Below, one piece after another: positions 9,189-18,616 of a stretch of DNA of 64,000 bases. This DNA is from a virus (lineage: Duplodnaviria; Caudoviricetes), in the IMG/VR virus record IMGVR_UViG_3300045002_000015, positions 8,781-72,780 of that record; one strand, given 5' to 3'. The notes under the pieces were generated by a model, which made no database searches, was not told where the DNA came from, and worked only from the letters and a program-made list of their open reading frames with translations. The position numbers were made by a program, and so were the translations under genes. The number at the start of each line of letters is the position of its first letter. Position 1 is the stretch's first letter.

Positions 9189-10901
9189 TTATACCCATAC
9201 GACCGTCACCGAGGGATCGGGGAAATTCATCGGTGAGGAAACGCCGCCGTTGAATTGCGTCGAGCCGGAGAAGCCGCTCGGACGGCTCTGTGACAACTGC
9301 CATATATTGCCAGCCGCATTGCCGGTCGAATTGACTGGCCATCGGCTGAACGCCACCTGCTTGCTGTTCTGATTGCCTTGGCCATAGTTGACGATCGCCA
9401 TGGCGGCGTGGCCCGAGCCGGAGGAGACCGCAAGCGTCAATAGCCCCACCGGATTGGTGGTCACCTGGAAGCGCGGCCCGGACAGCGTCCGCACCGCCTG
9501 GCCCAGCCAATAACCAGCCGGATAGATCGTGCTGTTATCGGCATCGATGACACCGCACGTGCCGTCGGCGCGGCCGTCCCAGATCGCGGACCACAACTCC
9601 ACCGGCGAGCCGTTCATCAACTCGATGATGTAGACCGCCGAGTAGATCGCGCCGATGTAGTTCTGCTGCTCGGGACACGAGCAGTTCCAGTCAATGTTGT
9701 ATTCACCGGCGAAGATCGCGCGCGGCAGGCCGGCCAGATTGCAGCCGCCGATATCCTTGGTGCCCTTGTTCTGCTGGTACGCCGATTGGCCCGGACCGGA
9801 CGAGCTGGAATAGCCGCCGAGATAGGAGTGGAAGTCGGCCACATCCATGTGCTGCGTCTGCTGCTGGAACTGCGGCATCAGATTGCCGAACCACGCGGTG
9901 GTCGGACCGCAGCAGAGCAGATTGCCGGAGACCGCCTTCACGGCGCTCGCCATGGCGTTGAAATACGAGGTCAGCGGATTGTTGCTGTTCGGCTCGTTGT
10001 CCGACTCAAAGCCAATGATCGGGAATTTTTTGCCATTCGACATCGTGGCGCTGTTCAGGAAGCGGGCGAGATTGCCCATGGCCTTGCCGTAGGAATTCGC
10101 GTCGCTGAAACCCTGCACGCCGCTGATATTGACGCCGATAATGACGCTGGAGACCCCGAGCGGGTCCACATCGGCGAAGCTGCCAACTAGGTTGTTCCAC
10201 AAGCCGGTATTCACCGAGCCGTCGCCGTTGAAATAAGGCGTATCGCCGCGCTGCGGCAGATTGCCGTTGAAGCGCCACAGCCCCGGATTGATCTTGGCCG
10301 CCGTGTTGCGGAACGTGCTGTTGGTGAAAGCCTGAAAGCCGCCGTCGCCCGCGCCACCGGTCGAGACGCCCCAAGCGCGCGGCGAGATGATCTGCTGGCC
10401 GGAGCCGCCGGGGTAGTTCTGCGGCGCCGAGAAGTCGGCGACCAGGAAGTTGGAACTGGCCTGCGGGCCGGTTCCAGCCGGCCCTGTGGGCGTCGGCGGC
10501 TGGGTCGGCTGCGTTGGTCCGGTGGGCGGCGTAGGAGCCGGTGTCGGGCCTGGGGGCGCCGGCGTTGGCGGCTGCGTCGGCTGCGTGGATGACCGCGGAT
10601 CACCGGATGCCGAAACCCAGGGATAGCCTTGCGACTGATCCCAGTACCACCAGCCGTTCTGGTTGTTCCGCTGGTAAATCTTGCCCTGGTAGTACAGCAG
10701 CAGCGTGACATTGGACGTGCGGCTGTCGACCACGCCGTTGCGAACCACCTGCAAGCCGTTGTGGCTTGAGGCGGCAAGGTTCCAGACCGTGCCGCCGCCG
10801 TCGGTGATGCCGGCCGGGGCCGATAGTACCGTGCCGGAACTGGAAGCCTGGGCGGTGATCTGATGCGCGCTGATCGTGGCGCCGTCGGGAGACGCGGTCA
10901 T
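9189..10901 (-). CDS. Clan GH-A glycoside hydrolase (GH39-like) with N-terminal accessory domain and Pro/Thr linker
   Basis: ESDNEP (acid/base), DFHSY, AGEYN (nucleophile); PTQPTQPPTP linker; GAGGAG RBS before MTASPDG. Confidence 0.75.
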   Translation of the reverse strand: MTASPDGATISAHQITAQASSSGTVLSAPAGITDGGGTVWNLAASSHNGLQVVRNGVVDSRTSNVTLLLYYQGKIYQRNNQNGWWYWDQSQGYPWVSASGDPRSSTQPTQPPTPAPPGPTPAPTPPTGPTQPTQPPTPTGPAGTGPQASSNFLVADFSAPQNYPGGSGQQIISPRAWGVSTGGAGDGGFQAFTNSTFRNTAAKINPGLWRFNGNLPQRGDTPYFNGDGSVNTGLWNNLVGSFADVDPLGVSSVIIGVNISGVQGFSDANSYGKAMGNLARFLNSATMSNGKKFPIIGFESDNEPNSNNPLTSYFNAMASAVKAVSGNLLCCGPTTAWFGNLMPQFQQQTQHMDVADFHSYLGGYSSSSGPGQSAYQQNKGTKDIGGCNLAGLPRAIFAGEYNIDWNCSCPEQQNYIGAIYSAVYIIELMNGSPVELWSAIWDGRADGTCGVIDADNSTIYPAGYWLGQAVRTLSGPRFQVTTNPVGLLTLAVSSGSGHAAMAIVNYGQGNQNSKQVAFSRWPVNSTGNAAGNIWQLSQSRPSGFSGSTQFNGGVSSPMNFPDPSVTVVWV

Positions 10902-11211
10902 AGCTCTCGCTCCTCTGTCCAGGACGTCACCACCCCAATTCCATTTCTTCACCCGGGCGGCGTTCGCCGCCGTATCGCCCAGCGCGATCCGCCGGGACGC
11001 TGATCCTTGCCGAGCACCTGGCGGATACGTGCGCGCGAAGGTGGACGGGGGCGCTTGACCGAGATCGCCTCGGCGCGCACCGGACGGCTCAGCGATGAGA
11101 TGCCGGTCAGATTGATATCGATGAATGTCGCCATGCTATGCTGTTGAGCAGGAGCGAAGCGGCTGCGTGAGCGGCTTTGCGTGGCACTCAAAAGGGAAGC
11201 GAGGAGGCGCC

Positions 11212-11442
11212 ATGAGCGAGCCTTATTGGAACAGCGCCGCGTGGCTCAGCGGCGGCATCAAGACGACCGACCATTGGCATCGCAAGACGAACGATCGCAC
11301 GTGCTCGCGCTGTCGGCGGGAGGTGCCGGAGGATGACGTGCCGCTGATGGTCTGGTCGCCCGATGGGCACGACATGCTGATCTATTGCGAGCGGGCGTCG
11401 CCGGCGAGCCGCCGCTCGATGCGTGAACGGACGACGCCATGA
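11212..11442 (+). CDS. Hypothetical protein with CSRC motif
   Basis: GAGGAGG RBS before ATG. Confidence 0.45.
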   Translation: MSEPYWNSAAWLSGGIKTTDHWHRKTNDRTCSRCRREVPEDDVPLMVWSPDGHDMLIYCERASPASRRSMRERTTP

Positions 11443-11732
11443 GCTGGGATCATGTTCGCATTGAGCCGTCTGCCGCTGCCCCTGATTGCGCCGAGCTATT
11501 CCTGATGAACGAGCACGGCAGGGCTTATGACATTGCGATCGCACATCTGCCGATCAGCGGCACGCCATCCCGCATGACGGTGATGGACAGCGCGGACTGG
11601 CGCTTCATCCTGGACGTTCTCGCCGAGGTCAATTGCCGCCATACGAGCGACAAGGATCATCCCTGGGTGCCGGTTGAAACCAGCGACGGGGCGGTGTGGA
11701 TGTATTTCGCTGAGCCGGGGCCGACGCCATGA
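11439..11732 (+). CDS. Hypothetical protein
   Basis: ATGA overlap with previous ORF. Confidence 0.5.
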   Translation: MSWDHVRIEPSAAAPDCAELFLMNEHGRAYDIAIAHLPISGTPSRMTVMDSADWRFILDVLAEVNCRHTSDKDHPWVPVETSDGAVWMYFAEPGPTP

Positions 11733-11825
11733 TCGGCCGCACTTGCCGAGCCGGCGCCAACACCCACCGCGTTTACTTGGCAGCGGATCATCGCCGCCGG
11801 AACGTTCGCGCATCGAATGCAACCG

Positions 11826-12074
11826 TCAGCCCTCGGTCTGCGGCGCGATCCCGGTCAGCCGCGCGATCGCCGCGATGACCGCATCGCACGTCGCCACCTC
11901 GCCCTGCGAGTAGGCAATGTCCTCGGCCGCCTCGTCGGCGGCGAAGGTGTCATAGTTCGCCAGCGCGCGCTTCTGGATCGCCCGCGCCTGCTCGGCCGAT
12001 TCCAGCGCCACCCGGCGGTGGCGCGCCATCTCGGCCAGCAGTTCGAGGAAGATCGCCGCGGCCTCGTCCGTCAT
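11826..12074 (-). CDS. Hypothetical helical protein
   Basis: MTDEAAAIFLELL...; coupled to upstream ORF. Confidence 0.5.
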   Translation of the reverse strand: MTDEAAAIFLELLAEMARHRRVALESAEQARAIQKRALANYDTFAADEAAEDIAYSQGEVATCDAVIAAIARLTGIAPQTEG

Positions 12075-12484
12075 GCCGCCGTCCTGAGGGTCATGGACCG
12101 GATCGGATCGGGCCGGAAGATATAGCCGCCCGCGCCGCCCCAGGCGTAATACCACGCCGTCTCCGGCCGATAGCATCGCTCCTGAATGCAGGGCGAGATG
12201 ATCAGGCCATCCCAGCGCGTCTCAACCGCAAGCCAGTCGATGAATGACCAGAAGTGCTGAAACTCGCGGGTGAACAGGTCCAGTTCGGTGGCCGTGGAAA
12301 GCTTCAGCACATTCGCGCCGTCGAATAGCGCCACATCGTACACATAGGGCAGCGTCTGCGGGCCGGGTTCGCAGTCATCGTCCGAGACCCACAGCCCAAG
12401 CGGCCTGAGCGGGCCGCGCGGCCCGAGGAGGTGCGGCGCCGGGAACCGTCCGAACGGCGTGGCGGAATAGTGCACCAGGCGCAT
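12071..12484 (-). CDS. Phage hypothetical protein (HY..GLWVS..IDW..WDG family)
   Basis: MRLVHYS..PLGLWVSD..FIDWLAVETRWDGLII. Confidence 0.55.
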   Translation of the reverse strand: MRLVHYSATPFGRFPAPHLLGPRGPLRPLGLWVSDDDCEPGPQTLPYVYDVALFDGANVLKLSTATELDLFTREFQHFWSFIDWLAVETRWDGLIISPCIQERCYRPETAWYYAWGGAGGYIFRPDPIRSMTLRTAA

Positions 12485-12510
12485 CGGCCAGCAGCCTAGC
12501 CGCACGCGGC

Positions 12511-13806
12511 CTATGATGCCAGCCGCGCCCAAACGCCCAGGTTGCCGCGCTGCATGATCCACTTGCCCAGCGCGTATCTACACGCGTCAATGGTGTGATT
12601 GTGCTTGTCGACGATCTTCGGCAGGATGATGCGCGAGTCGTGCGGATCGGTCGCATAGGAATACAGCCGGAATTCGCGCGCGGTGTTCTCGCAGCGCGGG
12701 TGTATCTTGATCCGGCGGAAGCCCTTGAGATGGGCAATGCCGTCCTCGACCGAGCCACGCCACTTCTCGGCCGGATGGATCGGAAACCCAGGCGCCCGCC
12801 GCGCCAGATAGGAGATGGTCTCGGGCCGCGCCGAGTCGGCAAAGATCGGCCACTCCAGGCAGCCCGGCACACCCGGATAGGAAACCCCGGTCTTGGCGGC
12901 AACGCCGCCGGCGAACAGCGCGGGCAGATCGTCGATCTCGACGCCCACCGCATACGCCTCGTAATCGATGTACAGTACCTCGTCGGCGATCCAGCAGCGG
13001 ATCAGCACGGAGGGATCGTTGGCGAAGCCCCAGTCGGCGCCGAAATAGAAACGGTCCACATTGCGCGGCGTATCGAAGGGTTCCACATCGAACGTGCCGC
13101 GAAAGATCGCCGCCTCGGATATCCGCCGGCATTCGCCTTCCCAGACCCAGTCATAGGTATCCGGGTGATGCTTCAGCCAGTCGAGGCGCAGATCGTAGAG
13201 CGCGGTCTTTTTGAAAAACGGGTTGTCGCGCCAGGAGGTCTTGCGCACCAGCGCGTTGCGCGGCGCCGGATCGCCGACGAATTTCCTGTGGATCGGGTCT
13301 TCTTCGAATTCCGGGTTATAGCTGATCCAGATTTCGCTGCCCGGCCGGCGGATGGTCGGATCGAGCACGGTCCAGCTATCGAAACGGGTGGAATTGGCCT
13401 CTTCCAGCCAACAGCGGGTGACGCCTTCGAGCGAGCGTATCTCGTTGATGTTGCGCTCGAGGCCTTTGAAGATGAATTCGGATTCGGTGCGCTTGCAATA
13501 GATCGAATTGCGGGTGAACTCAAACCAGTGCTGCACGCCGATCGCATAGATTGACTGCTCGACGACGCGATAGACGCTGTCGGTGATCGAATTCTGGAAC
13601 TGCCGCGTGCACAGGATCAAGTGCCTGTCGCTGTATGCCTGCGCGGTCAGCGCGCGGGCAAAACTGCTCGACTTGGCCGCGCCGCGGCCGCCATAGAAGA
13701 CGCGATAGCGGATGGGCGTGCCATCCGGCATGGTGCGCCAGAACAGCGGCGCGTAGGCCACCGGGATGACGACCGGCGCTTCCGGCCTCGGCCCGCCGTC
13801 CAGCAT
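12511..13806 (-). CDS. terL: Phage terminase large subunit, PBSX family
   Basis: YGGRGAAKS Walker A, WLEEA Walker B, SYNP, ADWG and HNHTIDACRY nuclease motifs. Confidence 0.95.
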   Translation of the reverse strand: MLDGGPRPEAPVVIPVAYAPLFWRTMPDGTPIRYRVFYGGRGAAKSSSFARALTAQAYSDRHLILCTRQFQNSITDSVYRVVEQSIYAIGVQHWFEFTRNSIYCKRTESEFIFKGLERNINEIRSLEGVTRCWLEEANSTRFDSWTVLDPTIRRPGSEIWISYNPEFEEDPIHRKFVGDPAPRNALVRKTSWRDNPFFKKTALYDLRLDWLKHHPDTYDWVWEGECRRISEAAIFRGTFDVEPFDTPRNVDRFYFGADWGFANDPSVLIRCWIADEVLYIDYEAYAVGVEIDDLPALFAGGVAAKTGVSYPGVPGCLEWPIFADSARPETISYLARRAPGFPIHPAEKWRGSVEDGIAHLKGFRRIKIHPRCENTAREFRLYSYATDPHDSRIILPKIVDKHNHTIDACRYALGKWIMQRGNLGVWARLAS

Positions 13807-13812
13807 TGATGA

Positions 13813-14031
13813 TCAGCGCTCGGCCGGCGGCGGCAATCCACCGATCAGATTGGTGCGCACTGTATAGACGGCGCCGAACTGGCTGAAGACCGGCTTGGCC
13901 TCGACCCAGGCGCGAACCTGGGGATAGCCGCGCTGGTGCCAAAGTTCCTCGATCTCGGCGGCCAGTTCCTCGGCGCCGATCCGCGTCGATACATCGCGCT
14001 TGATCCTGGGCGGCGGCGCCTCGAAATCCAT
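13813..14031 (-). CDS. Hypothetical protein
   Basis: 72 aa ORF directly upstream of terL with GGAG RBS. Confidence 0.5.
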   Translation of the reverse strand: MDFEAPPPRIKRDVSTRIGAEELAAEIEELWHQRGYPQVRAWVEAKPVFSQFGAVYTVRTNLIGGLPPPAER

Positions 14032-14074
14032 GCATGCTCCCGAGAAAAATGCGCGGCTTTTTGCGTTTTAGCGC

Positions 14075-14112
14075 TTGACGGCCGCCGTAATATGTAATAC
14101 TTTTATTACATA
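14075..14112 (+). promoter_or_regulatory. Sigma70-like promoter with overlapping palindromic operator
   Basis: TTGACG-N17-TACTTT; inverted repeat TATGTAATA-CTTT-TATTACATA (14091-14112) over the -10 box. Confidence 0.75.
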
Positions 14113-14131
14113 GAGAACGGAGGACGGCGAA

Positions 14132-14350
14132 GTGGTTTTCATCAACGTCAAGTCACCGCGCGAGATCGCCAAGCTGCGCCGCGCCCATGCCTGGTCGCGC
14201 GATATCCCGGACACCCGCTTCGGTTCGCCGCGCGATCAGCAAATCGACCGGCTCGCGGAACTGCGTCTCGGTGACCTGGAGGAGATGAGCGAGGCCGAAC
14301 GCGAACTGACCGAGCGCTACAAGGCATTGATGCGCGAAGTGCTGGCTTAA
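14132..14350 (+). CDS. Hypothetical protein
   Basis: GGAGG RBS plus GTG, downstream of promoter. Confidence 0.6.
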   Translation: MVFINVKSPREIAKLRRAHAWSRDIPDTRFGSPRDQQIDRLAELRLGDLEEMSEAERELTERYKALMREVLA

Positions 14351-14360
14351 AAAGAGAGGA

Positions 14361-14672
14361 ATGGCGAACATGACAACGGCAGAACGCAACCGGGCGATCA
14401 AAAAGACCCTCGAGCGCGCCTTCGGCCGCGGCAAGGTCCGCGTGCGCGGCGGCCGCGGCACCGCCTATGGCTGGGTCTCGGTCGATATCGACTGGACACC
14501 GCTAAGCCACCGCCAAGCCTCGGATATGCGCGCCCGGGTTTGGGATATGCTGAACACCGCCGGCCTCGGCAAGAGCATCGGCACCTACGGCTACAACGAT
14601 CCAGGATCGGATTACGGCTACGGCCACAAAATGTCGCTCACCTTCAACCGCGTGGTCGAGGAGGCAGCGTGA
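14361..14672 (+). CDS. Hypothetical protein
   Basis: GAGAGGA RBS; 103 aa. Confidence 0.65.
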   Translation: MANMTTAERNRAIKKTLERAFGRGKVRVRGGRGTAYGWVSVDIDWTPLSHRQASDMRARVWDMLNTAGLGKSIGTYGYNDPGSDYGYGHKMSLTFNRVVEEAA

Positions 14673-14947
14673 GCGACTTCCGGCATTGGTATGACACGAT
14701 CGATCGCCGACGCTACGCCGCTTGGCTGCGCGCGCGCCCGAAAATCGTGCGCGCGGTTATGCGCGAGTTTCCACTCGGTTCGCATATCGACGTCAACGGC
14801 GCTGATCACGTCGTGTTCGGCGCGACCGAGGGCGGCGATCTGATCGTCGTACCTTATGCCGCCCGGGATTACGATGACGCCTACGCGCGCCGTTCGCACC
14901 TCTGCGCCGCCTGCCAGCGCGCGGGCAAGGTGCATATCCTCAAATGA
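14669..14947 (+). CDS. Hypothetical protein
   Basis: GTGA overlap start; GAGGAGG RBS. Confidence 0.55.
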   Translation: MSDFRHWYDTIDRRRYAAWLRARPKIVRAVMREFPLGSHIDVNGADHVVFGATEGGDLIVVPYAARDYDDAYARRSHLCAACQRAGKVHILK

Positions 14948-15240
14948 CCGCGGAGGAGCTATGCCGGCTCATGTGGGCCTTGGACTGGGGCGACGGCGAT
15001 TTGGCGCGCGAGCTTGGCTGTGATCGGCTTACGGTCTGGCGCTGGACCCGCGGCCGGCAAAGCGTTCCCCTCGCCGTCGGGCGTTGGCTGCGCGATTACG
15101 CACGCGATTACGCTCGCTTTCGCGCCGAGCATCCGCCCCCGGACTGGCGCACCACGGGCCGCCGGCCCAAAGCGAAAGACCCGGCCGGTGCCCCTCGGCC
15201 GGGTCCGTCGTCCGTGGTAATGGAGAAGCGAGACCGATAG
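14944..15240 (+). CDS. XRE-like HTH protein
   Basis: DGDLARELGCDRLTVWRWTRGRQSVP HTH pattern. Confidence 0.75.
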   Translation: MTAEELCRLMWALDWGDGDLARELGCDRLTVWRWTRGRQSVPLAVGRWLRDYARDYARFRAEHPPPDWRTTGRRPKAKDPAGAPRPGPSSVVMEKRDR

Positions 15241-15294
15241 CCCTCACCGGTCACGCCACCTTCCATAGCACGTCTGGCCGGATTGGGGGAAGTC

Positions 15295-15855
15295 CTATCC
15301 TTCGTCGTCGCCGGAGGCTTCGATGATCCGCAGCGCCGGCGTCGGCTGATTGTCCTGGGTCTCCGCATCAACATCGATCGCGCGCACCGGCTGGATCACC
15401 AGCACCGGGGCCACGATCGAGGCGCCCGCCAGCCCGGCGCGAGAGGCGTCGGGCGAGAACCCGTGGCGCACGTTGTCCGTCACCTTCCATTCGTCGCCGG
15501 CATGTGTCTGTAGCCAATATTTCTGCGCCATCACGTTGCCCGCCAAGCCGGAGCGAATGACCGCCAGCCCCATGCTGGCAACCGTGCGCTCGTAACCTTC
15601 ATCCAACTCCTGGCGAAACACCTTGCGCAGCGTTATCTCGCAGATGCCTTCCCGATCGCCGCGGTAGCGCGTGATATTGCGTGCGATGATGCGTTGCGGC
15701 ACGCGGTTTGCCGCCATGAAGCGCACCAGCATGCGCTGCGCGTCATTCGGAACGAATGGCGGCTGACCGGGCATCGCGCGCGGCTGGGTCGGCCCGAAGG
15801 GGTCCGGCTCCTCAACAAAATCGTCAACTATTTCAGTATCTTCGGTGTCCTGCAT
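15295..15855 (-). CDS. Terminase small subunit (putative)
   Basis: PNDAQRMLVRFMAA..IIARNI..ICEITLRKVFRQELDEG..GNVMAQKYWLQTHAG; position between MTase and terL. Confidence 0.75.
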   Translation of the reverse strand: MQDTEDTEIVDDFVEEPDPFGPTQPRAMPGQPPFVPNDAQRMLVRFMAANRVPQRIIARNITRYRGDREGICEITLRKVFRQELDEGYERTVASMGLAVIRSGLAGNVMAQKYWLQTHAGDEWKVTDNVRHGFSPDASRAGLAGASIVAPVLVIQPVRAIDVDAETQDNQPTPALRIIEASGDDEG

Positions 15856-15916
15856 TATGACCGCCCGTCATCAATACGGTTGATACTGGTGTGAATCGAC
15901 CAAAAGAATAGGAACC

Positions 15917-17203
15917 CTAACCTGCGCGCCGCGCGGCGACCTCGGCGAAGCTCTGACCGGTCGCCTCCAGCGTGGCGGATTGGCCGGTGAAAGCCTGCCA
16001 GCGCTGTACAGAAACGTCCACGTAGGCCGGCGCTATTTCCAGGGCGTGGCACGCACGGCCCGTCATTTCCGCAGCGATGATCGTCGTCCCGGAACCGACA
16101 AAAGGATCGTAGACCGCTTGCCCAGGGTTGCTGTTGTTCTCGATCGGCCGCTTCATGCATTCGACTGGTTTCTGCGCGCTGTGCCCAGTCGTCATATCGT
16201 CAGGCTTGCCGCCCTTCATGGTATTTAGATTGGCGATCTGCCACAGAGTGGTCTGCTTCCGGTCACCGCTCCAATGGCCGGTAGCGCCCTTCCGGACGGC
16301 GTACCAGCAGGGCTCGTGCTGCCAGTGGTAATCACCACGGCCAAAGACGAATCCCTGCTTGGCCCAGATTATTTGGCATCGGATATCGTATCCTGATGCC
16401 TCTAAAGAGGATTGGACCGCACTGGCATATCGGCCACCATGCCAAACATACGCAACATCAGTTGGCGAGAGCGACCATGCGTCTGTCCAGTCGGCTCTCT
16501 CGTCATTGACCACGACACCCACTGAGGTTGTCTTCCCGCCCTTATATTGTGCCGGATTGTCCCTGACTCTCCAATCAGGATCGTAATCCACACCGTAAGG
16601 CGGATCGGTCACCATCAGACGCGGCTGCACGCCATTCAGGGCAGCCGCCACGTCGTCCGCAGAGGTCGCGTCGCCACAGACCAGCCGATGCCGACCGAGC
16701 CGCCATACTTCGCCGCGCAGGCTTACGGGATTGGCAGACGGCTCGGGCGCCTCGTCTGGGTCGGTCAAGCCTTCGAATGGCTCGGCGGCCAGGCTGTTCA
16801 GTTCATCCTCGTCAAAGCCGATCAGCGAAAGATCGAAATCAAGATCGGCGAGGGCTTTGAGTTCGGCGTGCAGCAAATCGTCATCCCAACCGGCGTCGAG
16901 CGCTAGGCGGTTGTCAGCTAGCACGTAGGCGCGTTTCTGCGCATCAGACCAACCTGCGGCCACGATGACCGGGACTTCGGCCAGGTCCAGCAATTTGGCG
17001 GCTGCAACGCGCGCGTGCCCAACGATGATACCGCCGCGCTCGTCGATCAGGACCGGCATGGTGAAGCCCCATGCCTGAATCGAGGCCGCAATCTTCTCGA
17101 TCTGCTCAGCCGAGTGCGTGCGCGCGTTACGCGGATATGGCCTCAGTGACGAGAGCGCGCGCCGCTCGGCCTTATCGGCCGGCCACAACACGGGATCAGG
17201 CAT
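15917..17203 (-). CDS. ParB-like N-terminal domain plus DNA (N6-adenine) methyltransferase
   Basis: LRPYPRNARTHS..GHARV ParB motif; TDPPY and DPFVGSGTT MTase motifs. Confidence 0.9.
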   Translation of the reverse strand: MPDPVLWPADKAERRALSSLRPYPRNARTHSAEQIEKIAASIQAWGFTMPVLIDERGGIIVGHARVAAAKLLDLAEVPVIVAAGWSDAQKRAYVLADNRLALDAGWDDDLLHAELKALADLDFDLSLIGFDEDELNSLAAEPFEGLTDPDEAPEPSANPVSLRGEVWRLGRHRLVCGDATSADDVAAALNGVQPRLMVTDPPYGVDYDPDWRVRDNPAQYKGGKTTSVGVVVNDERADWTDAWSLSPTDVAYVWHGGRYASAVQSSLEASGYDIRCQIIWAKQGFVFGRGDYHWQHEPCWYAVRKGATGHWSGDRKQTTLWQIANLNTMKGGKPDDMTTGHSAQKPVECMKRPIENNSNPGQAVYDPFVGSGTTIIAAEMTGRACHALEIAPAYVDVSVQRWQAFTGQSATLEATGQSFAEVAARRAG

Positions 17204-17438
17204 GATCGACCGACCGCTCGCGCTCCTCTTGGAGCGCCTGGCTCAACGCTTCGTTCAGCACGACCAGACGATCGGTGCCGGAGAGAGCATCGACGGCGAC
17301 GTGTACGGCGGCGAGCGCGCGCTGCATCTGATTGGCGCGGTTGCGCACGCGCCGCCGCTCGGCCGATGCTGCCGCTTCGGTTTGCGCAGATTGGTGCATT
17401 GTATGGCGGGATGTACTGGCGCCCGGCGCATGTATCAC
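17196..17438 (-). CDS. Hypothetical protein
   Basis: 80 aa; overlaps MTase start. Confidence 0.45.
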   Translation of the reverse strand: MIHAPGASTSRHTMHQSAQTEAAASAERRRVRNRANQMQRALAAVHVAVDALSGTDRLVVLNEALSQALQEERERSVDHA

Positions 17439-17571
17439 CAGGGTAGAAAAATCATAGCGACCGGCGTGATGCCAATGTCAAGGCTCCGTTGAGCGCGGCC
17501 TTGCGTCAAACCGACGTGTGGGATGGTAGCTCGCTAGGAACCATGCCCGTCAGGTCCGCAGGCGTACCAAT

Positions 17572-18189
17572 CTATATCTGCTGTCGGCGGCCAAGATCGA
17601 TCTCGCGGCTGATCTCGCTCTCGAAGTACTGCCACACCTGGTCGAGCAGGCCGACGAGCAGCCGGCGCTCGCCTTGAGGATCGACGCGGCGCCCCGTTGC
17701 CCGTTGGCGAAACCGGACCCATTCGGCGACCTTGCGGTTTTCCAGGACGACGAAGATCAGCAACCACTGCTGGTCGGGGGTGAAGCGCGCCCAGAGCCGG
17801 CTGAGCCGGCGGGCGGCGCGCACCCGGGCGATCTCGCCGGGCGAGGGGCCGGCGCGGGGCGCTGCGATCATGGCGGCAAAGACGGGCAGCCAGTCGCCGG
17901 AATAGCCGTACATCACAGCGTCGGCCAGTTCGCGCAACTTGTTGGCGGCGTGGATGTGCTTGGCATCGAGGCCGGAGCGGCGGTCGGCGGCCATAGCGGC
18001 GATCGGGTCAAAGGCGCGGAAGCCATGCACGCGGCGCGCTGCGCGCGGCGTGGCGGCGTCATCGGGGTCGGGCCAGTCATTGGGCGCCAGTGCAGTGGGG
18101 CCGGTCCTGGCGGCCCTGCGGACGGCCTGGGGCTGGTCGCCGGCCGGTGGGCGCTGGGGCGGACGTGGCTTGGCGGCGCGGCGGGCCAT
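17572..18189 (-). CDS. Putative late-gene transcription regulator (DUF6456/Q-position protein)
   Basis: Position between replication and packaging genes; LIFVVLENRKVAEW-type helical C-terminus. Confidence 0.5.
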   Translation of the reverse strand: MARRAAKPRPPQRPPAGDQPQAVRRAARTGPTALAPNDWPDPDDAATPRAARRVHGFRAFDPIAAMAADRRSGLDAKHIHAANKLRELADAVMYGYSGDWLPVFAAMIAAPRAGPSPGEIARVRAARRLSRLWARFTPDQQWLLIFVVLENRKVAEWVRFRQRATGRRVDPQGERRLLVGLLDQVWQYFESEISREIDLGRRQQI

Positions 18190-18575
18190 CAGCGGCCGAT
18201 CTCCTCGATGATCGCTTGCAGTTCGCGCCGCGCCTCGGCCAGCCGGCGGCCGAGGTCGTTGGCAATGGCGCGGGACGGCTGCCAAGCGTGGCCGGCGGCG
18301 AGCCGGGCGTCATAAGCGGCCAAGACCTCGGCCTTGGATACCACGACGCCCTGGGCGCGGTCATCCAGCAGATCGGCCAACGCGGCGCAGGCGTCCTGGT
18401 AGCGGTGGGCGAACGGCTGCTGGGCGGCGTGCGCCTCAGCGAAGGCTGCCTCGAGGTGGTATACCTCCTGTTCGAGGGCGGCGCGGCGGGTTTGTAGGCT
18501 GGCGTACCGAGCGGCGCTACCGGACGGCGATGAAGTCCGGCGCTTGGCAACCGGATTTCCGAACAGGTCGCTCAT
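18189..18575 (-). CDS. Hypothetical coiled-coil protein
   Basis: MSDLFGN..; helical. Confidence 0.55.
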   Translation of the reverse strand: MSDLFGNPVAKRRTSSPSGSAARYASLQTRRAALEQEVYHLEAAFAEAHAAQQPFAHRYQDACAALADLLDDRAQGVVVSKAEVLAAYDARLAAGHAWQPSRAIANDLGRRLAEARRELQAIIEEIGR

Positions 18576-18616
18576 GACGGCGGCGCCGGCTGAAAACCGG
18601 TAGCGAGATACCGGAT

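Noticed and set aside
1-15855. Capsid-less satellite or GTA-like element (only terS/terL/portal in the ORF track)
   Set aside because: Manual translation shows a MuF/gp7 head gene at 1-462 running off the left edge, so structural genes probably continue outside the window.
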